From: Longimicrobiales bacterium
GTDB lineage: Bacteria; Gemmatimonadota; Gemmatimonadetes; Longimicrobiales; Gaopeijiaceae
NCBI GenBank assembly: GCA_965202805.1
Contig: OZ241869.1
Span: 256,001-320,000, forward strand
Reading direction: 5' to 3'
Length of the DNA: 64,000 bases
Part shown: positions 29,430 to 37,977 of the stretch, piece after piece
Numbering within the stretch: the stretch's first letter is position 1
Layout of the letters: each line of letters begins with the position of its first letter
Translations under genes and position numbers: made by a program
Notes under the pieces: generated by a model
Told to the model about the DNA's origin: nothing
What the model saw: only the letters and a program-made list of their open reading frames with translations
Databases searched by the model: none

Positions 29430-30255
29430 GATGATCGTCGCTGAAGGTGTGAGCAAAGCGTACGGGCGCGGCAGCCGCTCGCTGGTCGTCTTGCGCGACA
29501 TCGACCTGAGCGTCCCCGAAGAGGACTTTATCGCCCTAGTGGGTCCCTCGGGAAGCGGCAAGACCACCCTGCTGGGGCTGCTCGCGGGGCTCGATGCGCC
29601 AACGACCGGCTCCGTCAGCCTGGGCGGCGAGCGGCTGTCGGCCCTTACCGCCGACGAGCGGGCCGCGTTCCGGGCGGAGAAGGTAGGCTTTGTCTTCCAG
29701 ACCTTCCACCTCCTGCCCACGCTCACGGCGCTGGAGAACGTCATGGTGCCGCTGGAGCTGGCGCCGCGCGGGACGGTGCCGGGGGGCGCGGGGCGCCGGC
29801 CGGGGTCCCGCGTCAAGCCGCGTGTGCGGGCCCGCGAGCTGCTCGAGCGGGTGGGGCTCGTGGAGCGCATGCACCACTATCCGGCGCAGCTCTCCGGGGG
29901 CGAGCAGCAGCGGGTGGCGCTCGCCCGCGCCTTCGCCAACCAGCCGCTGGTGCTCTTCGCCGACGAGCCCACGGGCAACCTGGATTCCGCGGCCGGGGCG
30001 GTGGTGGTCGAGCTGATGGAGGAGCTCAACCGGGAGTGCCGCACCACCATCGTGCTCGCCACCCACGACCTGGAACTGGCCGCGCGCGCCCGGCGCATCG
30101 TCACCCTGAGGGACGGGCGCATCGCGTCGGACCGCCGCAACGGCGGGGCCGGCGTCGCCGAAGACCGCTCGGGCCGCGGAAACAGCCGATTCGGCGATCC
30201 GCCCCGTGACGAAGACGGCCCCTCCGGCGGCCCGCGCGGCCCCGCGCCGCCGTGA
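29428..30255 (+). CDS. ABC transporter ATP-binding protein (YbbA/LolD-like)
   Basis: GPSGSGKTT, LSGGEQQRV, FADEPTGNLD. Confidence 0.93.
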   Translation: MMIVAEGVSKAYGRGSRSLVVLRDIDLSVPEEDFIALVGPSGSGKTTLLGLLAGLDAPTTGSVSLGGERLSALTADERAAFRAEKVGFVFQTFHLLPTLTALENVMVPLELAPRGTVPGGAGRRPGSRVKPRVRARELLERVGLVERMHHYPAQLSGGEQQRVALARAFANQPLVLFADEPTGNLDSAAGAVVVELMEELNRECRTTIVLATHDLELAARARRIVTLRDGRIASDRRNGGAGVAEDRSGRGNSRFGDPPRDEDGPSGGPRGPAPP

Positions 30256-32810
30256 TCCCCTTCTCGCTGCGGCTCGCGTGGCGCGAGGGAAGGGCGGGCA
30301 TGCGCCGCATCGGAGGCTACGCAGCTTCGGTGGCGCTCGGGGTCGCCGCGCTGGTGGCGGTGCACTCGTTCAGCGGCGACGTGATCCGCTCCATACGGGA
30401 GGAGTCGCAGCTCCTCCTGGGCGCCGACCTGCGCCTCACCTCCAACGCGGCCATCTCCGACAGCGTGGGCGCCATCGCCGACTCGGTCGTGGCCGAGGGG
30501 GGGCGCCTCTCGCGGGTGACCGGGCTGGTGTCCATGGTGTACGCGCCTGGGAGCGGGGCCACCCGGCTGACCCAGGTGAGGGGGGTGGAGGGGGGCTTTC
30601 CGCTCTACGGGCGGGTGGAGACGGCGCCCCCGGGGATCTGGTCGCGGCTGGGCGAGCCCGGAGTCGCGATCGTGGACGAGGCGATTCCCATCCAGCTGGG
30701 CGTGGGCGCGGGCGACACCCTGCAGGTGGGTTCCTCTTCCTTCGTCATCCTGGGCACCGTGCGCGGCCTGCCGACCGACATCGGCTTCCAGAGCGCCATC
30801 GGGCCGCGCGTGTTCGTCGCCCGGAGCGATCTCGCCGCCAGCGGGCTGTTCGAGTTCGGCAGCGTGGCCCGCCACCACATCTACCTGCGCATGCCCGCGG
30901 GGGAGGACCCGGAGGACGTGGAGGACCGCCACTGGCGCTTCCTCCGCAACCAGGCCGTGACCTCGGTGACCGCGCAGGACCAGGCCCGGAGGCTCACCCG
31001 GGGCACGCGCGTGCTCGCCTGGTTCCTGCGGGTCGTGGGGCTGACCGCGCTGCTGCTCGGGGGCATCGGCGCCGCCAGCGCAATCCACGTGTACGTGAAG
31101 GAGAAGACCGCTTCGGTCGCGGTGCTGCGCTGCATCGGCGCGCGCGAACGGAGCGTCTTCAACGCCTACCTCCTGCAGGCGCTGGCGCTCGGCCTGGTCG
31201 GCTCGGTCGCGGGGGTGGCGGGGGGGATCGGGCTGCAGCGCCTCCTGCCGCTGCTGATCACGGACGTGCTGCCCGTCACCGTGGAGGCGCGGGTGGACCG
31301 CACGGCCGTGGTCGCGGGGCTGGTGACGGGGATGGCGGCGGCCGCGCTGTTCGCGCTCCTCCCGCTCCTGCGCATCCGCGGCATCGCGCCCCTCCAGGCC
31401 CTGCGCGCCGACTTCGAGCCGGAGGCCACGGCGAAGTCGCGGCTGGATCGCGTGTTCGCGTTCGGCGCTCTGGTCGGCGGGATGCTGCTGCTCAGCCTCT
31501 GGCAGGCCCCCGAGCCCGAGCACGGCCTCGGCTTCGCCGGCGGACTCAGCGCCGCCCTGCTGCTGCTCTACGGAACCGCGGTCGCCCTGACCCGCCTCAC
31601 CCGGCGCTACTTCCCGGCGCGCGCGTCGTACGCCATCCGCCAGGGGGTCGCCAACCTCTTCCGGCCCCAGAACCAGACCGCGGCGGTCATGCTCGCGCTC
31701 GGCCTGGGCTCCTTCCTCATCACCACGGTGCTCGTGGTGGAGGCCAGCCTGGACCGCGCCCTCTCGACGGACGCCGGCGAGGACCGGCCCAACCTGCTCT
31801 TCTTCGATGTCCAGCCCGACCAGCGGGACGGCGTGACCGAGCTGGTGGCGGAGGCGGGCGGCGGCCCGGTCGACCTGACCGCCGTGGTGCCGGCGCGCAT
31901 CTCCAGCGTGAACGGGCGTCCGGCCGCGGAGATCCTGCGCGACCGCTCCGACGGGGGCCCGGCCCGCTGGGCGGTGCGGCGCCTCTACCGCAACACCTCG
32001 CGCGCCGAACTCTCCGACACGGAGGAGCTGGTGGCCGGTCGCTGGTGGGATGACGATGCCGCCGCGGGCGACAACGGCGACGGCCCGCCCGACGGCCTCT
32101 CCCTCGACGCCGGTCTGGCCGACGACCTGAGGGTAGGGATCGGCGACCGCATCACCTGGGATGTCCAGGGCGTCCCCGTCACCACCACGGTGGAGAACCT
32201 CCGCCGCGTCGACTGGGAGCGCTTCGACATCAACTTCCTGGCTGTCGCCGAGCCCGGCGTCTTCGACCAGGCCCCGCGCAGCTACCTGGGCCTCGCACGC
32301 ATCGTCGACCCCCAGGCCCGCGCGCGCATGCAGCGCAACCTGGTCCTCAGCCTCCCGAACGTCTCGGTGCTCGACCTGGCGCTCGTCCAGGAAGCCCTCG
32401 ACACCATCCTCGGCCGCGTGGGCGGGGCCATCCGCTTCCTCGCCCTCTTCATCGCCCTCGCCGGCGTGGTCGTGCTCGTGGGCTCCCTCTCCACGTCCCG
32501 CTATCAGAGGATGCGCGAGAGCGCCCTCCTGAAGACGCTCGGCGCGCGCCGCTCGCTCGTCCGCCAGGTCCTGCTCGCGGAGTACACCAGCCTCGGGGTG
32601 CTCGCCGGGCTGACGGGCGCGTTGCTCGGCGTCTGCTCCGCGTGGGCGCTGGTCGAGCTCTTCTTCGAGCTCGACTTCCAGCTGCCGCTCGGGCGCGTGG
32701 CGGCCGTCTGGCTGGTGGTGGTCGCGCTGACCGTGGTTACCGGGTTCGCCAACAGCCGGGGCGTCCTCCGCCGCACGCCGCTGGAGACCCTGCGGGAGGT
32801 GGTGGAGTAG
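30252..32810 (+). CDS. ABC transporter permease (YbbP/FtsX-like)
   Basis: LRLAWRE, two FtsX-like TM blocks, PNLLFFDVQPDQ, RESALLKTLGA; GTGA overlap. Confidence 0.9.
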   Translation: MIPFSLRLAWREGRAGMRRIGGYAASVALGVAALVAVHSFSGDVIRSIREESQLLLGADLRLTSNAAISDSVGAIADSVVAEGGRLSRVTGLVSMVYAPGSGATRLTQVRGVEGGFPLYGRVETAPPGIWSRLGEPGVAIVDEAIPIQLGVGAGDTLQVGSSSFVILGTVRGLPTDIGFQSAIGPRVFVARSDLAASGLFEFGSVARHHIYLRMPAGEDPEDVEDRHWRFLRNQAVTSVTAQDQARRLTRGTRVLAWFLRVVGLTALLLGGIGAASAIHVYVKEKTASVAVLRCIGARERSVFNAYLLQALALGLVGSVAGVAGGIGLQRLLPLLITDVLPVTVEARVDRTAVVAGLVTGMAAAALFALLPLLRIRGIAPLQALRADFEPEATAKSRLDRVFAFGALVGGMLLLSLWQAPEPEHGLGFAGGLSAALLLLYGTAVALTRLTRRYFPARASYAIRQGVANLFRPQNQTAAVMLALGLGSFLITTVLVVEASLDRALSTDAGEDRPNLLFFDVQPDQRDGVTELVAEAGGGPVDLTAVVPARISSVNGRPAAEILRDRSDGGPARWAVRRLYRNTSRAELSDTEELVAGRWWDDDAAAGDNGDGPPDGLSLDAGLADDLRVGIGDRITWDVQGVPVTTTVENLRRVDWERFDINFLAVAEPGVFDQAPRSYLGLARIVDPQARARMQRNLVLSLPNVSVLDLALVQEALDTILGRVGGAIRFLALFIALAGVVVLVGSLSTSRYQRMRESALLKTLGARRSLVRQVLLAEYTSLGVLAGLTGALLGVCSAWALVELFFELDFQLPLGRVAAVWLVVVALTVVTGFANSRGVLRRTPLETLREVVE

Positions 32811-32828
32811 ACCAGCCGATTTCCGCGC

Positions 32829-34046
32829 TCAACCCCACTCCAGCTCCAGCATCCGGTTCCAGGGGATCACCTCCGTATCGTTCCGCCGATACCGGGAATC
32901 ACCGCCGTACACCAGGCGTTGCTCGACGCTCTGTCCAGCTTCGTCCAGAGAGGCGGCAAGACTCCTCAACCCGGAAAAGAAACGGGGGACGATGGTCGTC
33001 GCCGACTTGGCCTCCGCGAGGATCGCCCGCAACCCGAGGGCGGCGACGAGATCGACCTCCGTCCCCGGGGCTCGATAATGTCCCAGGCGGGGCTCGCGGC
33101 CCCGATGCGCGATGGCCTTGAACACCTCCGATGCCACCCAGCTCTCGAAGACCTGGCCGCGCAGCGGATGGTGGCGCAGCTCCTCCGGAGATCTGATGCC
33201 CAGCAGGTGACAGACGAGCCCGGAGTCGAGGAAGTGCAACTTGGGCGCCTTGATCTGGCGCTTGCGGAGGTTGCGGCGGAAGGCGGGGACCCGGATGACC
33301 AGGAAGCTCGCCTCGAGAACCGACAGCCATGCGCGGGCGGTATTGTGGCGGATGCCCGCATCTGCGGCGAGCGCGGACAGGTTGACCTCGGTCGCGGTAC
33401 GCCCCGCTGCCAGCCGCACGAATGCCGAGAACGCCTCGAGGTCGGTGACGTTTCGCAGGGACCGCACATCGCGCTCGATGTAGGTGGTGAAATAGTCGCG
33501 CAGCCACACGTCCGGCGGGATTCCCCGGTGATGGATGCGCGGGTAGGCACCGGTCCAGAGGCAATCCAGGAGTTCCGGGCCGGGCCCTCCGAAGCGGGCC
33601 AGTTCGTTGAATCCCGGAGGCAGCAGGTGAAGCACGCCGACCCGTCCGGCGAGTGACTGGCTCACCGCCTCGCTCAGCCCGAAGTGCTGCGAACCGGTCA
33701 ACACGAAACGTCCGGGAGCGGGATCGCGGTCGACCTCCTCCTGCAGGTACGATGTCAGGTCGGGCGCGCGCTGCACCTCGTCGATGACCGCTCCGCCGCG
33801 GTACTCATGCAGAAAGCCGCGCGGATCTTCCCGGGCATGGGCACGCACGTCCATGCCCTCGAGGGAGATGTACGGTCGGTCGGAGAGAAGCGTGCGGCAA
33901 AGCGTGGTCTTGCCCGATTGCCGGGGGCCGGTGACGGTGGCGACCGGGTAGTGGCGCAGTCGCTCGCGCAGAGGTCCGGCCAGGTCGCGCTCGATGAATG
34001 GCGGCTCACGCGGAGGAGCGACCGGATCGCGCTCGATGGACGGCAC
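32829..34046 (-). CDS. AAA+ ATPase with DUF4143 domain
   Basis: TGPRQSGKTT, IDEVQRAP, LTGSQ, SQSLAGR, KAPKLHFLDSG, EVDLV, EAK, VYGG. Confidence 0.92.
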   Translation of the reverse strand: MPSIERDPVAPPREPPFIERDLAGPLRERLRHYPVATVTGPRQSGKTTLCRTLLSDRPYISLEGMDVRAHAREDPRGFLHEYRGGAVIDEVQRAPDLTSYLQEEVDRDPAPGRFVLTGSQHFGLSEAVSQSLAGRVGVLHLLPPGFNELARFGGPGPELLDCLWTGAYPRIHHRGIPPDVWLRDYFTTYIERDVRSLRNVTDLEAFSAFVRLAAGRTATEVNLSALAADAGIRHNTARAWLSVLEASFLVIRVPAFRRNLRKRQIKAPKLHFLDSGLVCHLLGIRSPEELRHHPLRGQVFESWVASEVFKAIAHRGREPRLGHYRAPGTEVDLVAALGLRAILAEAKSATTIVPRFFSGLRSLAASLDEAGQSVEQRLVYGGDSRYRRNDTEVIPWNRMLELEWG

Positions 34047-34130
34047 CTGGAGGCCTCCTGTTTCGGCAACGGGTCGCGGCCTCTTGACGAGGATCGGAGG
34101 AGATGTCCGAGAGAATCGTGGCGAGTCGGA

Positions 34131-34161
34131 TGCAGATTGTCAATCAAAATGACAATCTGCA
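34131..34161. promoter_or_regulatory. Perfect 12-bp inverted repeat upstream of the DUF4143 ATPase
   Basis: TGCAGATTGTCA-ATCAAAA-TGACAATCTGCA, AT-rich in a GC-rich background. Confidence 0.65.
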
Positions 34162-34227
34162 ATTTGCGCGAATCTCCGAGTGTCTGCCTCTCGGTCCACG
34201 CGCTACCTGAGCCCTGTCGGCGGGTTG

Positions 34228-35403
34228 CTACGCCCCCGCCCGCGCGTACGCCCGCAGCCGGTCGCTCGCCGTCTCCAGGCTGGCGATGCGCTTGCAGAAG
34301 ACGAAGCGCACGTAGGTGCTGTCCCCGGCCTCCACGTTGAAGAAGCTCGACCCCGGCACCGGAATCACTCCCGCGTCCCGCGCCAGCGAGCGCGAGAAGG
34401 TGTCGTCGTCCTCGTCCGAGAGATCCGAGAAGTCGGCCATGATGTAGTACGCGCCTTCGGGAGCCGAACAGCGGAAGCCACCTTCGAGCAATCCCTGGTA
34501 CAGGACTTCCCGCTTCGCCAGGTAGCTCTGCTTCAGCTCGTCGTAGAACTCGGGCCCCAGCGCGTTCATCGCCGCCGCGACCCCCTCCTGCAGCGGGGCG
34601 GGTGCGCCCACGGTCAGGAAGTCGTGCACCTTGCGGATCTCGTCGGTGAGGTCGGCGGGGGCCACGATGGTGCCCAGCCGCCAGCCGGTCACGCTGTAGG
34701 TCTTGGAGGCGCCGGATACGGTGACGGTGCGCTCGCGCATGTCCGGGAGGGTGGCCAGCGGGATGTGCTCGCCCTCGTAGTAGATGTGCTCGTAGATCTC
34801 GTCGGTGAAGGCGAGGATGTCGTGACGCCGGCAGATGTCGGCAACCCCCTCCAGTTCCGCTCGGTCGAAGACGCGTCCGGTGGGGTTGTTGGGGGTGTTG
34901 AGGATGATGGCGCGGGTGCGCGGGGTGACGTCCGCCTCGAGGCGTGCAGGGTCCAGCCGGAACTCCGGCGGCTCAAGCCGATGGAACACGGGCGTGGCTT
35001 CGCACAGGATGGCGTCCGGGCCGTAGTTCTCGTAGAACGGCTCCAGCACGATCACCTCGTCGCCCGGGTTGATGACGGCGAGCATGATGGACGCCATCGC
35101 CTCGGTGGCCCCGCAGGTGACGGTGATCTCGCGCTCGCCGTTCACCTCCATCCCGTACCACTCGCGGTACTTGCGCACCAGCGCATCGCGGTAGCGCGGC
35201 GATCCCCAGGTGATCGCGTACTGATTGATGTCCTCCTGGATGGCCTGGCAGGCGGCGTCCTTGATGACCTGCGGCGCCGGGAAGTCCGGGAATCCCTGGG
35301 CCAGATTCAGCGCCCCGCACTCCTGCGCGACGCGCGTCATCTCGCGGATTACCGACTCGGTGAAGAGGCGCGTCCGGCGCGCCGTGCGTGGCTTCTGGGT
35401 CAT
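34228..35403 (-). CDS. Class I/II PLP-dependent aminotransferase (YbdL/DapC-like)
   Basis: NLAQGFPDF, TCGATEA, NTPNNPTG, TDEIYEH, SKTYSVTGWRLG. Confidence 0.92.
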   Translation of the reverse strand: MTQKPRTARRTRLFTESVIREMTRVAQECGALNLAQGFPDFPAPQVIKDAACQAIQEDINQYAITWGSPRYRDALVRKYREWYGMEVNGEREITVTCGATEAMASIMLAVINPGDEVIVLEPFYENYGPDAILCEATPVFHRLEPPEFRLDPARLEADVTPRTRAIILNTPNNPTGRVFDRAELEGVADICRRHDILAFTDEIYEHIYYEGEHIPLATLPDMRERTVTVSGASKTYSVTGWRLGTIVAPADLTDEIRKVHDFLTVGAPAPLQEGVAAAMNALGPEFYDELKQSYLAKREVLYQGLLEGGFRCSAPEGAYYIMADFSDLSDEDDDTFSRSLARDAGVIPVPGSSFFNVEAGDSTYVRFVFCKRIASLETASDRLRAYARAGA

Positions 35404-35547
35404 GGTGCCTGACTGCTCGCTGGAGTGTGCCGTATCCCGGTCCCGTGGGGCGCCCGTCCCGGCCTGGCGGGCACCCCTCCGCGCACATCGGCATCAGCCT
35501 TCACGCGGCGACGCTGCAAGCTCTGTGGCGAGCGGTGGATGGGCAAG

Positions 35548-35692
35548 GGCAGACGAGGCAGACGAGGCGTTTCTCGTGTACGGCGGCGAGGAGCGCTACC
35601 CGGCAAAGGGCGGCATCGAGGCCATCGGACTGCGCGAAATGGCGGCGGAACTGGCGGGCCCGGGTTCGTCCGCCTCCCGCTTGCAGCCCTGA
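35548..35692 (+). pseudogene. C-terminal remnant of a DUF4143 AAA ATPase
   Basis: EAFLVYGGEERYPAKGGIEAIGLREMAAEL parallels the C-termini of the two intact paralogs here (RLVYGGDSRY, LLYRGSERL). Confidence 0.55.
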
Positions 35693-35804
35693 TCCCGCAC
35701 CGGGCATATTGCCAGCACCGCCGGAGGCGTCGGGGAAGCCCGTCACACCCGCGCGGCAACGGGTCCGCCAGCCGGATCCGGTCCACCTTCGGCAGGTCGG
35801 GAAC

Positions 35805-37889
35805 ATGTTCGGTCTACGGATCATTCGGGCTCAGGAAGGCGCGCACGGAGTTGCCGTTCTCGCGCTCTTCGCCATCGTCTTCATCCTCGGCGGCGCTCCG
35901 GCTGCCGCGCAGCAGACCCCCTTCGGGGTCGACGACGCCATCAACCTCACGCGGGTGTCCGACCCGCGCATGTCACCGGACGGGGAACGTGTGCTGTTCT
36001 CGCGCTCCGAGCTGGACTGGGACGAGAACGAGCGCATCACGTCGCTCTGGATCGTGAACGCGGACGGCACGGACGCCCGGCGCTTCACCGGGGAGGACGG
36101 CGACTCCGGAGCGCGCTGGTCCCCGGACGGCCGCTGGGTGGCGTTCCTGCGGTCGAGCGGCGACGGGGAGGAGCGCAGGCGGCAGGTATTCCTCATCCGC
36201 ACGGACGGCGGGGAGGCGCGGGCGCTGACCGGGCACGCCACCTCGGTGCGGTCGTTCGAGTGGGGCGATGCGGGCTCGATCTTCTTCCTCGCCAACGACT
36301 CCCTCCCCGACGACGAGGAGGAGCGCCGCGAGGACGGCTACGACGCCATCTTCGTCGACGAGGCGCCCAACGGGCAGACGCGCGGCGAGTGGTCAAGCCT
36401 CTGGCGCATCGGCCTGGACGCGGCCGGGGAAGCGGACGCCGAGGCGCGCCGGCTCACCAGCGGCAACCTGCGCATCGGCCAGTTCGCGGTCGCGCCCGGG
36501 GCGGAGCGCGTCGCCTACACCTACCGCCACGAGAACAGGCGCAACGACGGCTATCTCTCCGAGATCGCGCTGCTCGACGTGGCCAGCGGCGAGACCCGCG
36601 ACCTGACCGACAACGAGGCGCCGGAGAGTTCGCTGGCGTGGTCTCCCGACGGGACCCGGCTCGCCTTCGGCGCGCCCGACCTCGAGACCTGGGAGCTCGA
36701 CCAGGGCAACCTGTACGTCATGGACGTCGAGAGCGGCGACGTGCGCCAGATGGCGCCCGACATGATGGTGGACATCCGGGGTACGCCGCAGTGGCATCCC
36801 TCCGGCGAGGCCTTCTATTTCGCGGGGCTGGACCGGACGGTCGCCCACCTGTACCGGCTTGACGCCGAATCGGGAGCGTTGGAGGCCGTCTCCTCGGGGG
36901 ACGGCATCCTCTCCGCGCCCAGCTTCTCGGCGGACTTCACGCGCTATGCCTTCACGCACAACACGCCTACCGCTCCGGGCGACATCTATTCCGCGCAAGT
37001 GGACGGGGGCGCCCACACCCGCCTCACCGAAGCCAACCCGTGGATGGCGGAGCGCCAACTGGCCGAGCCCGAGGTGGTCCGGTGGACCAGCCGCGACGGG
37101 CTCCCCATCGAGGGCATCCTCTACCGCAGCCTCAATCCCGAGGCGCAGTCGCTGGTGCTCGAGATCCACGGCGGGCCGGCGGGCGTCTTCACCCGCGGCT
37201 TCGACGCCGACGCACAGATCCTGGCCGCCGCGGGATACTCGATCATCCAGCCCAACGTGCGCGGCTCCTCCGGCTACGGCGATGAATTGCTGCGCGGCAA
37301 CATGAACGACATCGGGGGCGGGGACTACGACGACGTCATGACCGGGGTCGACCACGTGCTGGGGACCGGCGTCGCCCACGCCGACTCGCTGGCGGTGAAA
37401 GGCTGGAGCTACGGCGGCATCCTGGGCGGCTGGACCATCACCCAGACCGACCGCTTCAAGGCGGCGAGCCTGGGGGCGATGGTGTCGGACTGGCAGAGCG
37501 AGTTCGGGACCGGCTTCCACTTCGACGTCCTGCGCTGGTACCTGGGCGGCGACCCGTGGTCGAACCGGAACCACTGGCTCGAGCGCTCGGCCTACTCCCA
37601 CCTCGACCAGGTGACCACCCCGACCATCCTCTTCCACGGGGAGCGGGATCGGACGGACACCATGGCGCAGTCGATGAACTTCTTCGCGGGGCTGACGCAT
37701 CTCGGCGTGGAGAGCCGCTTCATCCTCTTCCCGCGCGAGGGCCACGGCATCTCCGAGCCCCGGCATCATCGCACGCGCCTGGTCGAGGAGCTGCGCTGGC
37801 TCGAACTCTATGTGCGCGGCAACGCGGACTGGGAGGCGCCGGAGCGTCCCGAGGAAGAAGGGAAGCCGCTTCCCGTGACGGATGATTGA
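35805..37889 (+). CDS. S9 family (prolyl oligopeptidase/acylaminoacyl) peptidase, secreted
   Basis: Signal peptide, WSPDG propeller repeats, IHGGP, GWSYGG, HGERD, PREGHG triad. Confidence 0.93.
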   Translation: MFGLRIIRAQEGAHGVAVLALFAIVFILGGAPAAAQQTPFGVDDAINLTRVSDPRMSPDGERVLFSRSELDWDENERITSLWIVNADGTDARRFTGEDGDSGARWSPDGRWVAFLRSSGDGEERRRQVFLIRTDGGEARALTGHATSVRSFEWGDAGSIFFLANDSLPDDEEERREDGYDAIFVDEAPNGQTRGEWSSLWRIGLDAAGEADAEARRLTSGNLRIGQFAVAPGAERVAYTYRHENRRNDGYLSEIALLDVASGETRDLTDNEAPESSLAWSPDGTRLAFGAPDLETWELDQGNLYVMDVESGDVRQMAPDMMVDIRGTPQWHPSGEAFYFAGLDRTVAHLYRLDAESGALEAVSSGDGILSAPSFSADFTRYAFTHNTPTAPGDIYSAQVDGGAHTRLTEANPWMAERQLAEPEVVRWTSRDGLPIEGILYRSLNPEAQSLVLEIHGGPAGVFTRGFDADAQILAAAGYSIIQPNVRGSSGYGDELLRGNMNDIGGGDYDDVMTGVDHVLGTGVAHADSLAVKGWSYGGILGGWTITQTDRFKAASLGAMVSDWQSEFGTGFHFDVLRWYLGGDPWSNRNHWLERSAYSHLDQVTTPTILFHGERDRTDTMAQSMNFFAGLTHLGVESRFILFPREGHGISEPRHHRTRLVEELRWLELYVRGNADWEAPERPEEEGKPLPVTDD

Positions 37890-37898
37890 GCTAGTATA

Positions 37899-37934
37899 CA
37901 GTAGATGTCAGTAGAGTTACCAGTAGATGTCAGT
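37899..37934. repeat. CAGTAGATGT tandem repeat (second site)
   Basis: CAGTAGATGT-CAGTAGAGTTAC-CAGTAGATGT-CAGT in an intergenic region. Confidence 0.75.
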
Positions 37935-37977
37935 CACGCTTGTCTCCCGCTCTCCCGCGCCAAGTAGAGGTACCGCG

